Assembly: GCA_051652765.1 (NCBI GenBank)
Contig: JBOFUV010000136.1
Coordinates: 1-32,207, forward strand
DNA length: 32,207 nucleotides
Reading direction: 5' to 3'
Origin: Microcoleaceae cyanobacterium
GTDB lineage: Bacteria > Cyanobacteriota > Cyanobacteriia > Cyanobacteriales > Microcoleaceae
The translations under genes and the position numbers were made by a program. The notes beneath the pieces were generated by a model. It was not told the DNA's origin. It searched no databases and saw only the letters and a program-made list of their open reading frames with translations. This document shows positions 15,446 to 24,001 of this stretch, in pieces; the stretch's first letter is position 1, and each line of letters opens with the position of its first letter.

Positions 15446-17809
15446 ATGCGTGTCAGAACTCCAACAATCTTGCAAATGGAAGCGGTCGAATGCGGCGCAG
15501 TAGCTCTAGCTATTATTTTGAGCTACTACGGTCGAACGGTATCGCTTGCGGAGCTACGTCAAGTTTGTGGGATTACTTCTAGCGGGAGCCAAGCCTCAAA
15601 TATGATTCTCTCTGCCAGACACTATGGAATGCGGGCAGAGGGGTATCGAATGGAGATCAATGCCCTATCCCAGCAGCCTCTTCCGTTTATTGTCTTTTGG
15701 AATTTCAATCATTTTCTAGTGGTTGAGGGATTTAGCAAAGATAAGGTTTTTTTAAATGATCCGGCGACTGGGCCTCGCTGGGTCTCTTGGTCAGAGTTTA
15801 CCCAAGGGTTTACTGGGGTTGTTTTAAGCATCAGACCGGAGCCTGAGTTTCAGGCGGGAGGTCGAGTTTCTAGCCGACTGTCTTTGGTATTTTCCCGGTT
15901 ACAAGGGTCAATCGGTGGAGTGCTTTACTGCACTTTAGTCGGGTTTCTGTTGGTTCTTCCGGGGGTGGCCATTCCGATCTTGATCCAACTTTTGGTGGAT
16001 TGGGGATTGGTCAGGGCTGAGACCAATTGGCTGCGCCCTCTGGTTTTAGGGTTAATCCTGGTTGTGGGATTACAAGGACTATTACTACTGCTGCGATTGC
16101 GAACCCTGAGACGGTTACGGGTGAAGCTTACGATAGAACTGTCAAGCCACTTTATCAAACATTTGCTGGCGCTTCCGATTGGATTTTATGCCCAACGCTT
16201 TACGGGAGAAATCGGCAATCGCCTTCGCTTCAATGAAACCCTAGCCCAAACCCTCTCTGGCTCAATCAGTGTTGCAGTGATTGATGCGACTATGGTTGTG
16301 CTCTATGTTTTGGTGATGCTGACCTTCGACCCACTGTTAACCTTGGTTGGGATTAGCAGCGTAGTAGTTAATTTACTGACATTGAACTGGGCTTTGCGCC
16401 AGAGCAAAAATGCAATCTCAAGATTTGCTCTAGCCAATAGTCAGGTGACTGCGGTTGGCATTGCAGGGCTACAAAATCTTGAAACCCTGAAAGCTTCTGC
16501 GATGGAGTCAGAGTTTTTCTCGCACTGGGCAGGTCATTGGACAAAAGCAATCAATGCTGAGCAGGATATTGAGCTTTCCAACCAAATCCTCAATATCCTT
16601 GCCTTACTCCTGCGAACTCTGACTGCTGCTTTGATTCTAGGGATTGGTAGTCTTAAAGTCATGGAGGGTTCTCTCACGCTAGGAATGTTGGTTGCATTTC
16701 AGAGTTTGATTCAGAGTGTTCAACACCCGGCCAATGTTTTAGTTCAGTCCCTCAGAACCCTGCAAGGACTCTCCGCAAATCTAGAGCAACTGGATGAAGT
16801 TCTCAGGTATCCGATTGAAGACAGAACTCAAGCGGCAGTCCTGCGTCGAGACCCAGAGCCCAAAGTTGATTCTAGTTCTCCATCCTCGAACGTCTACAGC
16901 CATGTTAGTGATTGTCCTGAAGACTATGTTGCTGCTGAATCAGACTTGTTACCGTCTGGGGTTAAAAGTCGAACATCCTTGCATTCAAACGGCAACTCAA
17001 GCCCAACTTCAAGCTCAACTAGTTATCCTGTTGCTTCTTTGAGAGAGGATCGTTTGAGTGGGTTTGTTGAGCTACGAGAAGTTACCTTTGGCTATGCTCA
17101 GGTGACACCCCCCTTAATTCAGCAGGTGACGCTCGCGATTCAGCCTGGACAACTGGTGGGTTTGGTTGGGACAAATGGTTCGGGGAAATCAACTCTTGCT
17201 AAATTAATTTGTGGCCTATACCAACCATGGGCTGGGGAAATCTTGTTTGATGGAAAAAGGAGAACAGAAATTGACCGCAGTATTCTAACCACTTCTTTGA
17301 CCTTGGCAGAACAGCACCCAACCTTGTTTGAAGGCACAGTGCGAGATAATCTCACCCTCTGGGATACCACCATTCCAGATGCTCAACTGGTTCAGGCTTG
17401 TCAGGATGCCGCAATTCACCAGGCAATTCTGGGGATTCCCGGAGCCTATGATGGTCTCGTCATTGAAGAAGGAGCCAACTTTAGTGGCAGCGAACGACAA
17501 CAGCTAGAAATTGCCAGGGCATTGGTGAATAATCCAACCATTCTAGTCATGGATGAAGCGATGAGTGCCCTGGATGGCCAAAGTCAACAAATTATTTTAG
17601 GAAATATTCGTCGTCGAGAATGCACTTGCATTCTCATTACTCACTATCTCAGCGCTTTGAAAGAGTGCGATCAAATTTTTGTTCTCGGCCAAGGCAAGAT
17701 TGCACAACAAGGTGTTCACAGAGAGCTGCAGCAAGAAGCAGGAATCTACCAACATCTGATGAACCTGACCTACGACAATCAACAGCAGCAAAGCCATCAG
17801 GCAAAGTGA
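15446..17809 (+). CDS. NHLP-type bacteriocin export ABC transporter (C39 peptidase + permease + ATPase)
   Basis: RTPTILQMEAVECGA (catalytic Cys), WNFNHFLVVEG (His), LNDPA (Asp); six TM helices; Walker A GTNGSGKST; Walker B ILVMDEA. Confidence 0.9.
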   Translation: MRVRTPTILQMEAVECGAVALAIILSYYGRTVSLAELRQVCGITSSGSQASNMILSARHYGMRAEGYRMEINALSQQPLPFIVFWNFNHFLVVEGFSKDKVFLNDPATGPRWVSWSEFTQGFTGVVLSIRPEPEFQAGGRVSSRLSLVFSRLQGSIGGVLYCTLVGFLLVLPGVAIPILIQLLVDWGLVRAETNWLRPLVLGLILVVGLQGLLLLLRLRTLRRLRVKLTIELSSHFIKHLLALPIGFYAQRFTGEIGNRLRFNETLAQTLSGSISVAVIDATMVVLYVLVMLTFDPLLTLVGISSVVVNLLTLNWALRQSKNAISRFALANSQVTAVGIAGLQNLETLKASAMESEFFSHWAGHWTKAINAEQDIELSNQILNILALLLRTLTAALILGIGSLKVMEGSLTLGMLVAFQSLIQSVQHPANVLVQSLRTLQGLSANLEQLDEVLRYPIEDRTQAAVLRRDPEPKVDSSSPSSNVYSHVSDCPEDYVAAESDLLPSGVKSRTSLHSNGNSSPTSSSTSYPVASLREDRLSGFVELREVTFGYAQVTPPLIQQVTLAIQPGQLVGLVGTNGSGKSTLAKLICGLYQPWAGEILFDGKRRTEIDRSILTTSLTLAEQHPTLFEGTVRDNLTLWDTTIPDAQLVQACQDAAIHQAILGIPGAYDGLVIEEGANFSGSERQQLEIARALVNNPTILVMDEAMSALDGQSQQIILGNIRRRECTCILITHYLSALKECDQIFVLGQGKIAQQGVHRELQQEAGIYQHLMNLTYDNQQQQSHQAK

Positions 17810-17851
17810 ACTCTCGGTGCTCTTGATTACAGGGAATTGATCAGGCAAATC

Positions 17852-17880
17852 AGTAGGGGCAAGGTGACCCTGCCCCTACT
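17852..17880. repeat. GTAG-type REP-like palindrome / terminator between convergent genes
   Basis: AGTAGGGGCA-AGGTGACCC-TGCCCCTACT perfect 10-bp stem. Confidence 0.7.
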
Positions 17881-17936
17881 ACTAGAAAGGTTGAGGACTA
17901 AGGACGGAGAACTGAGAACAGGATTTCATTGAACGA

Positions 17937-18011
17937 AGCTTAATTGGACTGGGCTTAATTGGATTGAGCTTAACTAGACTGAGCTTAACCAGACTGAGCT
18001 GAATTGAATTG
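17937..18011. repeat. 15-bp imperfect tandem repeat x5 (AGCTTAAyTrGAyTG)
   Basis: Units start at 17937, 17952, 17967, 17982 and 17997. Confidence 0.8.
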
Positions 18012-18097
18012 AGTATGAGGAGTCTTGTAAAAGATCAAACAGATCTTGAAAATTAGGCCAACATGCAGAGCCCTTAATTCAGAACTTGATTCAGAAC

Positions 18098-18664
18098 TTA
18101 GTTCAGAAAGACGGCTCCGGTCTGGTTAACTTCTAGGGCTTTAGTATCTAGACTAAAGTCATTGGTCGCTTCAAACCGCACTTCTAAAACCCCTGGTTCT
18201 GTTGATTTTGGAATCACCAACAGTAATCCATTATCCTGACGTTGGTAAGTCAGGGTTAAGGGCATTGACAAACTCTGAAGTTCAACCTGAGACTGCTCTC
18301 CTAGGCTACGTTCCCGCGTCCCCGCTACGATTTGATAGTTGATGACAGCATTGGTTTGATTCATCAGCTTGAGAGTTACAACTCCATTCACACCAGCGAC
18401 TCTGGCGCTGGGCAGGGGAAAACGGGGAGGTATTTCAGGAGTTTCAGCGGGGTTTGCTGGGGCGGCTGGTGCTGTTGAAGTTGAGCTTTCCTCGGCCTTT
18501 TCTGCGGTCTCACTGGGCTTGTCAGTCGATTCTGCTGGTGTAGGCTTACCCTGGGGCGGTGGGCCTCCAGCTTGAACAATCGCTACTGGCCCTACAAATG
18601 CAATGCCCATCAGCAGACTCAGCAACCAAACACCAACTTTTCGAGGGGAGTTAGCTTGAATCAT
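18098..18664 (-). CDS. Hypothetical exported protein (signal peptide, Pro/Ser/Glu linker, beta-rich C-domain)
   Basis: N-terminal hydrophobic segment ending in AIVQA; low-complexity linker; compact C-terminal domain. Confidence 0.75.
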   Translation of the reverse strand: MIQANSPRKVGVWLLSLLMGIAFVGPVAIVQAGGPPPQGKPTPAESTDKPSETAEKAEESSTSTAPAAPANPAETPEIPPRFPLPSARVAGVNGVVTLKLMNQTNAVINYQIVAGTRERSLGEQSQVELQSLSMPLTLTYQRQDNGLLLVIPKSTEPGVLEVRFEATNDFSLDTKALEVNQTGAVFLN

Positions 18665-18799
18665 GGGTAGGTATCCCTTAATTTAAAAATCAGTTGTAAC
18701 AGAGTAGATGTTATCACTGATTGCTCTGAACGCAATTAATAGTCCCTCTGGGTTTGGATAATGATTGCGGTTGCAAAGTAGATTTTGGGACTTCCTTGC

Positions 18800-19528
18800 C
18801 TAGGGACGCAATAGCATCATCCAAGTCTCCCTACCAACAACACCATCAGGAGCCAGTTGGAACTGTCTTTGGGCTGCTTGAACGGCCTCTTCGGTTGCTG
18901 GCCCAAATACACCATCGCTCTGACCCTGAAGAAAGCCCTTGGCCCGTAAACGTTCCTGAAGTCCAGTGACTGCTTCTCCCCGCATTCCGAATTTGAGGAC
19001 GGGTAGACGGATCGATTCAGCCAAAATTTCTGAGCTGCTTGAAGAATCTATTGAGTTGGCCGTTGCTTGGATCACAGAAGATGTTGCAGAGCTGCGATCA
19101 GGTTGCAGGGCTGGCTCAGGTTGCTGAACCGGTTGCTGAGACATAACAGATCGAATTTGAGCGGAATCACTAGGAGGAAATAAACGATTCCAAGTCGTTT
19201 GATCCATGACTCCATCAGGATTCAGACCCGCTCCAGCCTGAAACTGGGTAACAGCTTGAGCGGTCTCACGGCTATAGATTCCGTTAATGGCTCCTCGGTA
19301 AAATCCCAACAGGTATAATGCCGCTTGCAATTCCAGAACTTCTGGCCCTTGGCTACCGGATTGCAATCTGGGTCGGTTCAGTTGAGCCGCCTGCGCCCTT
19401 TGATCCAAAGGTTGTGGTGCTGGGGCTAAATCAGGTTGGGCGATCGCCAGTCCTAAACCCTGGAAAGCCCCGATCACGCTCAATCCCCATAGACTCAATC
19501 CCCATAGACTCAATCGTTGTAGTCTCAT
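18800..19528 (-). CDS. Peptidoglycan-binding protein with two PG_binding_1 domains
   Basis: LQSGSQGPEVLELQAAL...G.Y...T..AV..FQ...GL.PDG and LKFGMRGEAVTGLQERL...DGVFGPAT...DGVVGRETW; signal peptide. Confidence 0.9.
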   Translation of the reverse strand: MRLQRLSLWGLSLWGLSVIGAFQGLGLAIAQPDLAPAPQPLDQRAQAAQLNRPRLQSGSQGPEVLELQAALYLLGFYRGAINGIYSRETAQAVTQFQAGAGLNPDGVMDQTTWNRLFPPSDSAQIRSVMSQQPVQQPEPALQPDRSSATSSVIQATANSIDSSSSSEILAESIRLPVLKFGMRGEAVTGLQERLRAKGFLQGQSDGVFGPATEEAVQAAQRQFQLAPDGVVGRETWMMLLRP

Positions 19529-19765
19529 AGCCCACTCCTCCTAACAAGCGATAGACCCTAAATCTAGTCATCTGCCCATGACTTCTGATAAGACCTGCTC
19601 CAAATCAAATGAGTAGAGATGAGTTTAATTCAGAATCTAGGTTTTACTCCGGAATTTTATCTTAGTCTAGGGCCTATTTGCCCAGAAATGTTGCTGCTGA
19701 AACCATGGGGATACGCTAGGATGGGGTTACGACTGCTTGATTTAAGGCATTAGTAAGGCACTAGA

Positions 19766-20224
19766 ATGATCGGATCAGAACGCACTGAATCGAAGAACCC
19801 TAAGTTACAAAGTCCTAAATTAGAAACCTCTAAATTAGAAACCTCTAAATTAGAAACCTCTAAATTAGAAACCTCTAAATTAGAAATCATTACAGAAGAC
19901 GAATCATCTTCACACAGTCATGAACATGGAGATCACTCTCTTATTCATTCTCATGTTCATAGTGAGGAGTCTCTACGACAGATTGTCAATCGCCTGTCGC
20001 GGATTGAGGGTCATGTTCGCGGTGTGAAAACGATGGTGCAAGAAAGCCGTCCCTGTCCAGATGTTTTAGTCCAGTTAGCAGCCGTTCGGGGTGCGTTAGA
20101 TCGGGTATCTCGCATGATTCTGGATGAGCATTTGAGCGAGTGTGTGGCTCGGGCCGCCAAAGAAGGAAATATAGACTGTGAAATTGAAGCCCTCAAAGCA
20201 GCCCTTGATCGGTTTTTGCCTTAG
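19766..20224 (+). CDS. CsoR/RcnR-family metal-sensing repressor (InrS-like) with His-rich N-terminus
   Basis: HSHVHSEESLRQIVNRLSRIEGHVRGVKTM, RPCPDVLVQLAAVRGALD, LDEHLSEC. Confidence 0.9.
   Translation: MIGSERTESKNPKLQSPKLETSKLETSKLETSKLETSKLEIITEDESSSHSHEHGDHSLIHSHVHSEESLRQIVNRLSRIEGHVRGVKTMVQESRPCPDVLVQLAAVRGALDRVSRMILDEHLSECVARAAKEGNIDCEIEALKAALDRFLP
19815..19886 (+). repeat. Perfect 15-bp coding tandem repeat x4.8 (CTAAATTAGAAACCT; KLETS)
   Basis: Directly visible. Confidence 0.95.
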
Positions 20225-20255
20225 GGCGTTAACTTTAGCGTTAACCTTACCTTTG

Positions 20256-21641
20256 TTACAGTCCTAAGATTGTTGGGTTGCCATTGTCATAAACGCCAGC
20301 CAAACAAGCAATCATCAAGGTTGCTAAGGTTCCTGCAAGTAATGCTTTCCAACCTAGTTCAGAGATGTCCTGACGACGAGAGGGGACTAGGGCAATGGTT
20401 CCCCCCACAAAAATACCGACAGAGGCAAGATGAGCAAACCCGGACAAGGCATAACTTACAATTAACAACGTTCTAGGGCCAATAATTCCTTGTTTTGCCG
20501 CTTCCGCTAGGGCTTGATAAGGCGGAATTGCAGTTTCCAAAAGTCGCCGCCCAATTAAAACTGAAGCCGTCCAGGATTCATCGAATGGAACCCCCGTCAA
20601 CAGGGTTAACGGGTAAAACAGGGCTCCCTGAATATTCGCTAGGGTAACCACTTGAAAAATACTACCAATGGGATCAGGGAGGGTTCCTAACCAGGTGAAA
20701 AATTGGTTCACTAAGGAGACTAACCCTAAAATTAAAATCAACACCGCCGCAATTGAAACCGCCATTTTCACCCCATCTAACGATCCAACAATGGCGGCAT
20801 CCAAAGGACTCATCCGTTCCAACGGTTCCCCAGCAATTGTTTCCAAAAGTTCCCTGCGACTCGGATCATCTCTGAGATCTGAGTCAGAGCGTTCTAGCAC
20901 CTGAGCAGATGCCTCTGTGGGGATTCCCCCAAGGGTTAAGGGTTTTTCGACCTCAGGAACTAAGATTTTTGAGATGACAAAACAGGCTGGAATGCCTAAA
21001 ATTGAGGCTGAAACTAAATGCCCCAAAATATTGGGAAATACAGGCCGAAGAAAACTAACGTAAATTGCCAGGGTTGATGATGCGGCTGTTCCAAAACAAC
21101 ACGATAGAATCGCACACAACTCTGAACGGGTCATCTGTGCCAGATAGGGTTTCACAACAATTGCTGCTTCAATCCCAACGAAAATGTTCGCTGCACCGCT
21201 GAGGGCTTCAGCTCCACTTAATCGCATGGTGTAGTAGAACAATTTAGCAAAAATATTTGTCAGAACTTGAATCATCCCTAAGTTGTATAACAGCGCCATT
21301 AAACCAGAGAAAAAGATCACGGTGGGCAAGGCACGAAAGGCAAAAATATAGCCTAAGTTCACAGTAGGTTCTTCCCCTGGAACTGGAACAATATTCCGAC
21401 CAAATACAAACCGAGCGCCTGCATCAGCAGCAATAAACACGCTATCTAGCAAACTGCTAAACCACTCCAATACCGTGCGGGTCGGCGGAAACCAAAAAAT
21501 CAAAAACGCCAGAAATAACAGTAAACCGATTCCTAAACCAATTGTGCGCCATGGAACAACCCGTTTATTCTCCGAAAAGAGCCATGCCACTGCACAAAGA
21601 CCAAAAATTCCCAGGAAAGAAATGAGGTTAAGGTAAGTCAT
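20256..21641 (-). CDS. Concentrative nucleoside transporter (CNT/NupC family)
   Basis: WLFSENKRVVPWR, FAFRALPTVIFFS, AANIFVG.EA, LAQMTRSEL, SYALSGFAHLASVGI. Confidence 0.92.
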   Translation of the reverse strand: MTYLNLISFLGIFGLCAVAWLFSENKRVVPWRTIGLGIGLLLFLAFLIFWFPPTRTVLEWFSSLLDSVFIAADAGARFVFGRNIVPVPGEEPTVNLGYIFAFRALPTVIFFSGLMALLYNLGMIQVLTNIFAKLFYYTMRLSGAEALSGAANIFVGIEAAIVVKPYLAQMTRSELCAILSCCFGTAASSTLAIYVSFLRPVFPNILGHLVSASILGIPACFVISKILVPEVEKPLTLGGIPTEASAQVLERSDSDLRDDPSRRELLETIAGEPLERMSPLDAAIVGSLDGVKMAVSIAAVLILILGLVSLVNQFFTWLGTLPDPIGSIFQVVTLANIQGALFYPLTLLTGVPFDESWTASVLIGRRLLETAIPPYQALAEAAKQGIIGPRTLLIVSYALSGFAHLASVGIFVGGTIALVPSRRQDISELGWKALLAGTLATLMIACLAGVYDNGNPTILGL

Positions 21642-21989
21642 AATCTGGGGACGGGGTGAATAGCGTACCGTAGAATGCTATTAGCTTATCAAACTGCGAT
21701 CGCCATGATCATAAAAAATTGTCTGGTTTTGGGCTCCACATTGTTAGAACGTTGTTAAAACGTTGTTAAAACTCAGTGATTCAAGTTGTGATTAACGTTA
21801 AGTTATTAGAATATAAGTTATTAAAATATTTGTATCACTAATATTCTTTACACCGATAAAATTTTGGGGTTGCCATCAGTCAGCAGACAAGATTAATGAG
21901 ACAAAGCTACTGAATTATACAGCTCAATTTACGAGTTGGGGCAAATGCATAACTTTACAGAACCCGAAGTAGACGAAGACTATAAAACT

Positions 21990-22187
21990 TATGGAGCAGG
22001 AGTCTTGGGCTGATCGGTCGTTTCGGGTTGGGAGTCTCTTCAAGTTAGCTTAGTAAAGATGACGAGGGCAATGCCAGCAATTCTCAGCGAAAAGATCTGG
22101 CTCTTGCTTAAACTCAGAAGCAGTCTTTTTTGAATCGTGAACGTGACGTGGGAATCCTGTCCACGCAGGCTTCTAGTCTGCTCCATA
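21990..22187 (+). ncRNA. Probable 6S RNA (ssrS/ssaA)-like structured RNA
   Basis: ~198 nt closed by a perfect 10-bp stem TATGGAGCAG/CTGCTCCATA. Inner stems need G-U pairs that work only on the + strand. CTTTTTTGAATC lies ~55 nt from the 3' end, like the 6S central-bubble motif. -10-like TATAAA at 21981. Confidence 0.55.
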
Positions 22188-22727
22188 GACATCTGACAAA
22201 TCATGACTGACTGCCATATAGCGTGTAAACAGTAAATTGGTATCAGTAAATTCTCGCAATCCGATTTTAAAACAAGTTCATTAATTTCACGGAAGATTTA
22301 TCGGGACTAAATTGTTAGGTTTATCTTTAGGAACTGATTATCGGGTTTGTTAAAAGTCTTGTACGGGCTCAACCGTCAACAACCATTATTTTTAGTCCTG
22401 GCAATCGATTCGAGTTAGGTTTTCAAGAGCTTTATCTTGGCTCTATGGAAGCCCAAATTTTTAGGGCTCGAATTTGAAAAATCAGCCCTATTAATCGGAA
22501 AACACCTTTCAAAATTCTTTTTTAATGAATTTTTAATGAATTTTAAAAAATTCAAATCAGCTCACACAAAAACTATGCTACTGGGTCACCCAGATGGGCG
22601 AAGTAACCCTCAAGTCAAGCATGGGATAGTCAGATTAAATCAAAAGGGTTTGAAGTTTCCTCTCTAACCCTCTCAAATCAGTTTCAAGTTGAACTCACCT
22701 ACAATTTGTGCCCAGGAGATATTTGTT

Positions 22728-23528
22728 ATGCCACTTGCAGCCACCCAAGAACTTAAGTCTGATAGTTTGGAATTGCTCCGTCAATTTCAGTATTCCCCCT
22801 CTCAACCTTTGCGGAATCAAATTGTCCAATTGAATCTTGGCCTAGTCCGAAAAGAGGTGCATCGGTGGGTGAATCGGTGCGGGGAAAGCTATGATGATTT
22901 GCTGCAAGTTGGCTGCCTCGGTTTGATTCGGGCGATTGAGCGGTTCAATGTCTCCAAGGGTCATGCCTTTAGCTCCTTTGCCGTTCCCTATATTCGCGGC
23001 GAGATCCAACATTATCTGCGGGACAAAAGCCCTGCTGTGCGGTTGCCTCGAACTTGGACAACACTGGAACGGCAGGCCGAGAAGGTGATTCATCAACTGC
23101 AAACTCAGTTTGATCGCGCTCCCAAAGATGCAGAAATTGCTAGCGCTCTGGACATTTCAGTGGCGGAGTGGAATCAGGTAAAACTGATGAGCCGCAACCG
23201 CTCCCTGTTGAGTTTAGATGCTCCAGTGAACGAGGGGGATGAAGGGGTGACTTATCTCGGAGACCTAATGTTGGATCAAAATTACTTCGGCTTTCAATCT
23301 GCCCAAGAAGATCAACTCTGTCTCAGACAAGCTCTTGAAATGTTGGAAGAAGGAACCCGCAAGGTTCTAGAGTTTGTCTTCCTGGAGGAGTTGACCCACA
23401 AAGAGGCAGCTCGACGACTAGGGGTCAGCACCGTTACCGTTTCTCGCCGGATTAGAAAAGGTATAGACTGTCTCAAGGGAAGTTTACTAGAGTCTGAATC
23501 TTGGAGCTTGAGCTGCGATCGCAACTAG
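22728..23528 (+). CDS. sigF: Group 3 sigma factor SigF (likely start ATG 22728)
   Basis: LRNQIVQLNLGLVRKE, YDDLLQVGCLGLIRAIERF, FSSFAVPYIRGEIQHYLRDK, region 4 LTHKEAARRLGVSTVTVSRR. Confidence 0.88.
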   Translation: MPLAATQELKSDSLELLRQFQYSPSQPLRNQIVQLNLGLVRKEVHRWVNRCGESYDDLLQVGCLGLIRAIERFNVSKGHAFSSFAVPYIRGEIQHYLRDKSPAVRLPRTWTTLERQAEKVIHQLQTQFDRAPKDAEIASALDISVAEWNQVKLMSRNRSLLSLDAPVNEGDEGVTYLGDLMLDQNYFGFQSAQEDQLCLRQALEMLEEGTRKVLEFVFLEELTHKEAARRLGVSTVTVSRRIRKGIDCLKGSLLESESWSLSCDRN

Positions 23529-23714
23529 GCACTGACATCAATATTGACCGGCCAGGGTGAGTGAATCTCATCCCGGCCTAGAGTTTTGGGTTGTAGGGAT
23601 CGTAACTAGAAATCAATGATAAGACTACCAAATAGGAGTTTGGGGACAGAGTTCTCAAGCAGGGACAACGCCCTTGAGCGCAAATCATTCCTAACTGCCA
23701 TACCTGATTGCTAC

Positions 23715-23845
23715 ATAAGTTTGGCTTAAGCTTGCAATCAAAAACATTTTCTAATTCAATGTTTTTTTGATTTTGCCATAGATTAAAATCAATACGAAGC
23801 TGCTTGAACTTTTTTAAAAATCTATGCCATAGGTTTAGACTTCTC
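23715..23845 (+). promoter_or_regulatory. Putative NdhR/CcmR (LysR) operator region upstream of ndhF3
   Basis: ATAG-N8-CAAT at 23778-23793 (consensus ATAG-N8-CTAT), T-N11-A palindrome ATAAGTTTGGCTTAA at 23715-23729, and inverted repeat AAATCTATG-C-CATAGGTTT at 23818-23836. Confidence 0.5.
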
Positions 23846-24001
23846 ACTCAACTTTGGATTGAGCCAAGGGTTTAGATCGGGTATTTACGGTTCAGTTTGA
23901 CTTTAGTTGGCTTTCTGGTCTTCAGCTTTTTCCCTGGAGAGGGTGAGGGCGGATCTGTTTAGAAGAGTGTTGATTCAAAGTGGATTTTTACGGAAGTTGG
24001 C

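Noticed and set aside
5068..17809. S8 protease and C39 ABC exporter as one RiPP/T1SS cluster
   Set aside because: Separated by 6 kb of housekeeping genes, with no precursor, modification enzyme or HlyD in the window
17937..18011. 15-bp repeats as CRISPR repeats or iterons
   Set aside because: Head-to-tail with no spacers and no rep gene nearby
19700..19732. G-tract sequence upstream of the InrS-like gene as a CsoR-type operator
   Set aside because: No convincing inverted repeat around the C/G tracts
22437..22667. 76-aa ORF or riboswitch upstream of sigF
   Set aside because: TTG start, AT-rich with a tandem duplication and no recognisable protein or riboswitch motif; likely promoter/5' UTR
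23578..23847. 89-aa minus-strand ORF between sigF and ndhF3
   Set aside because: Overlaps the AT-rich ndhF3 regulatory region and has no protein-like features
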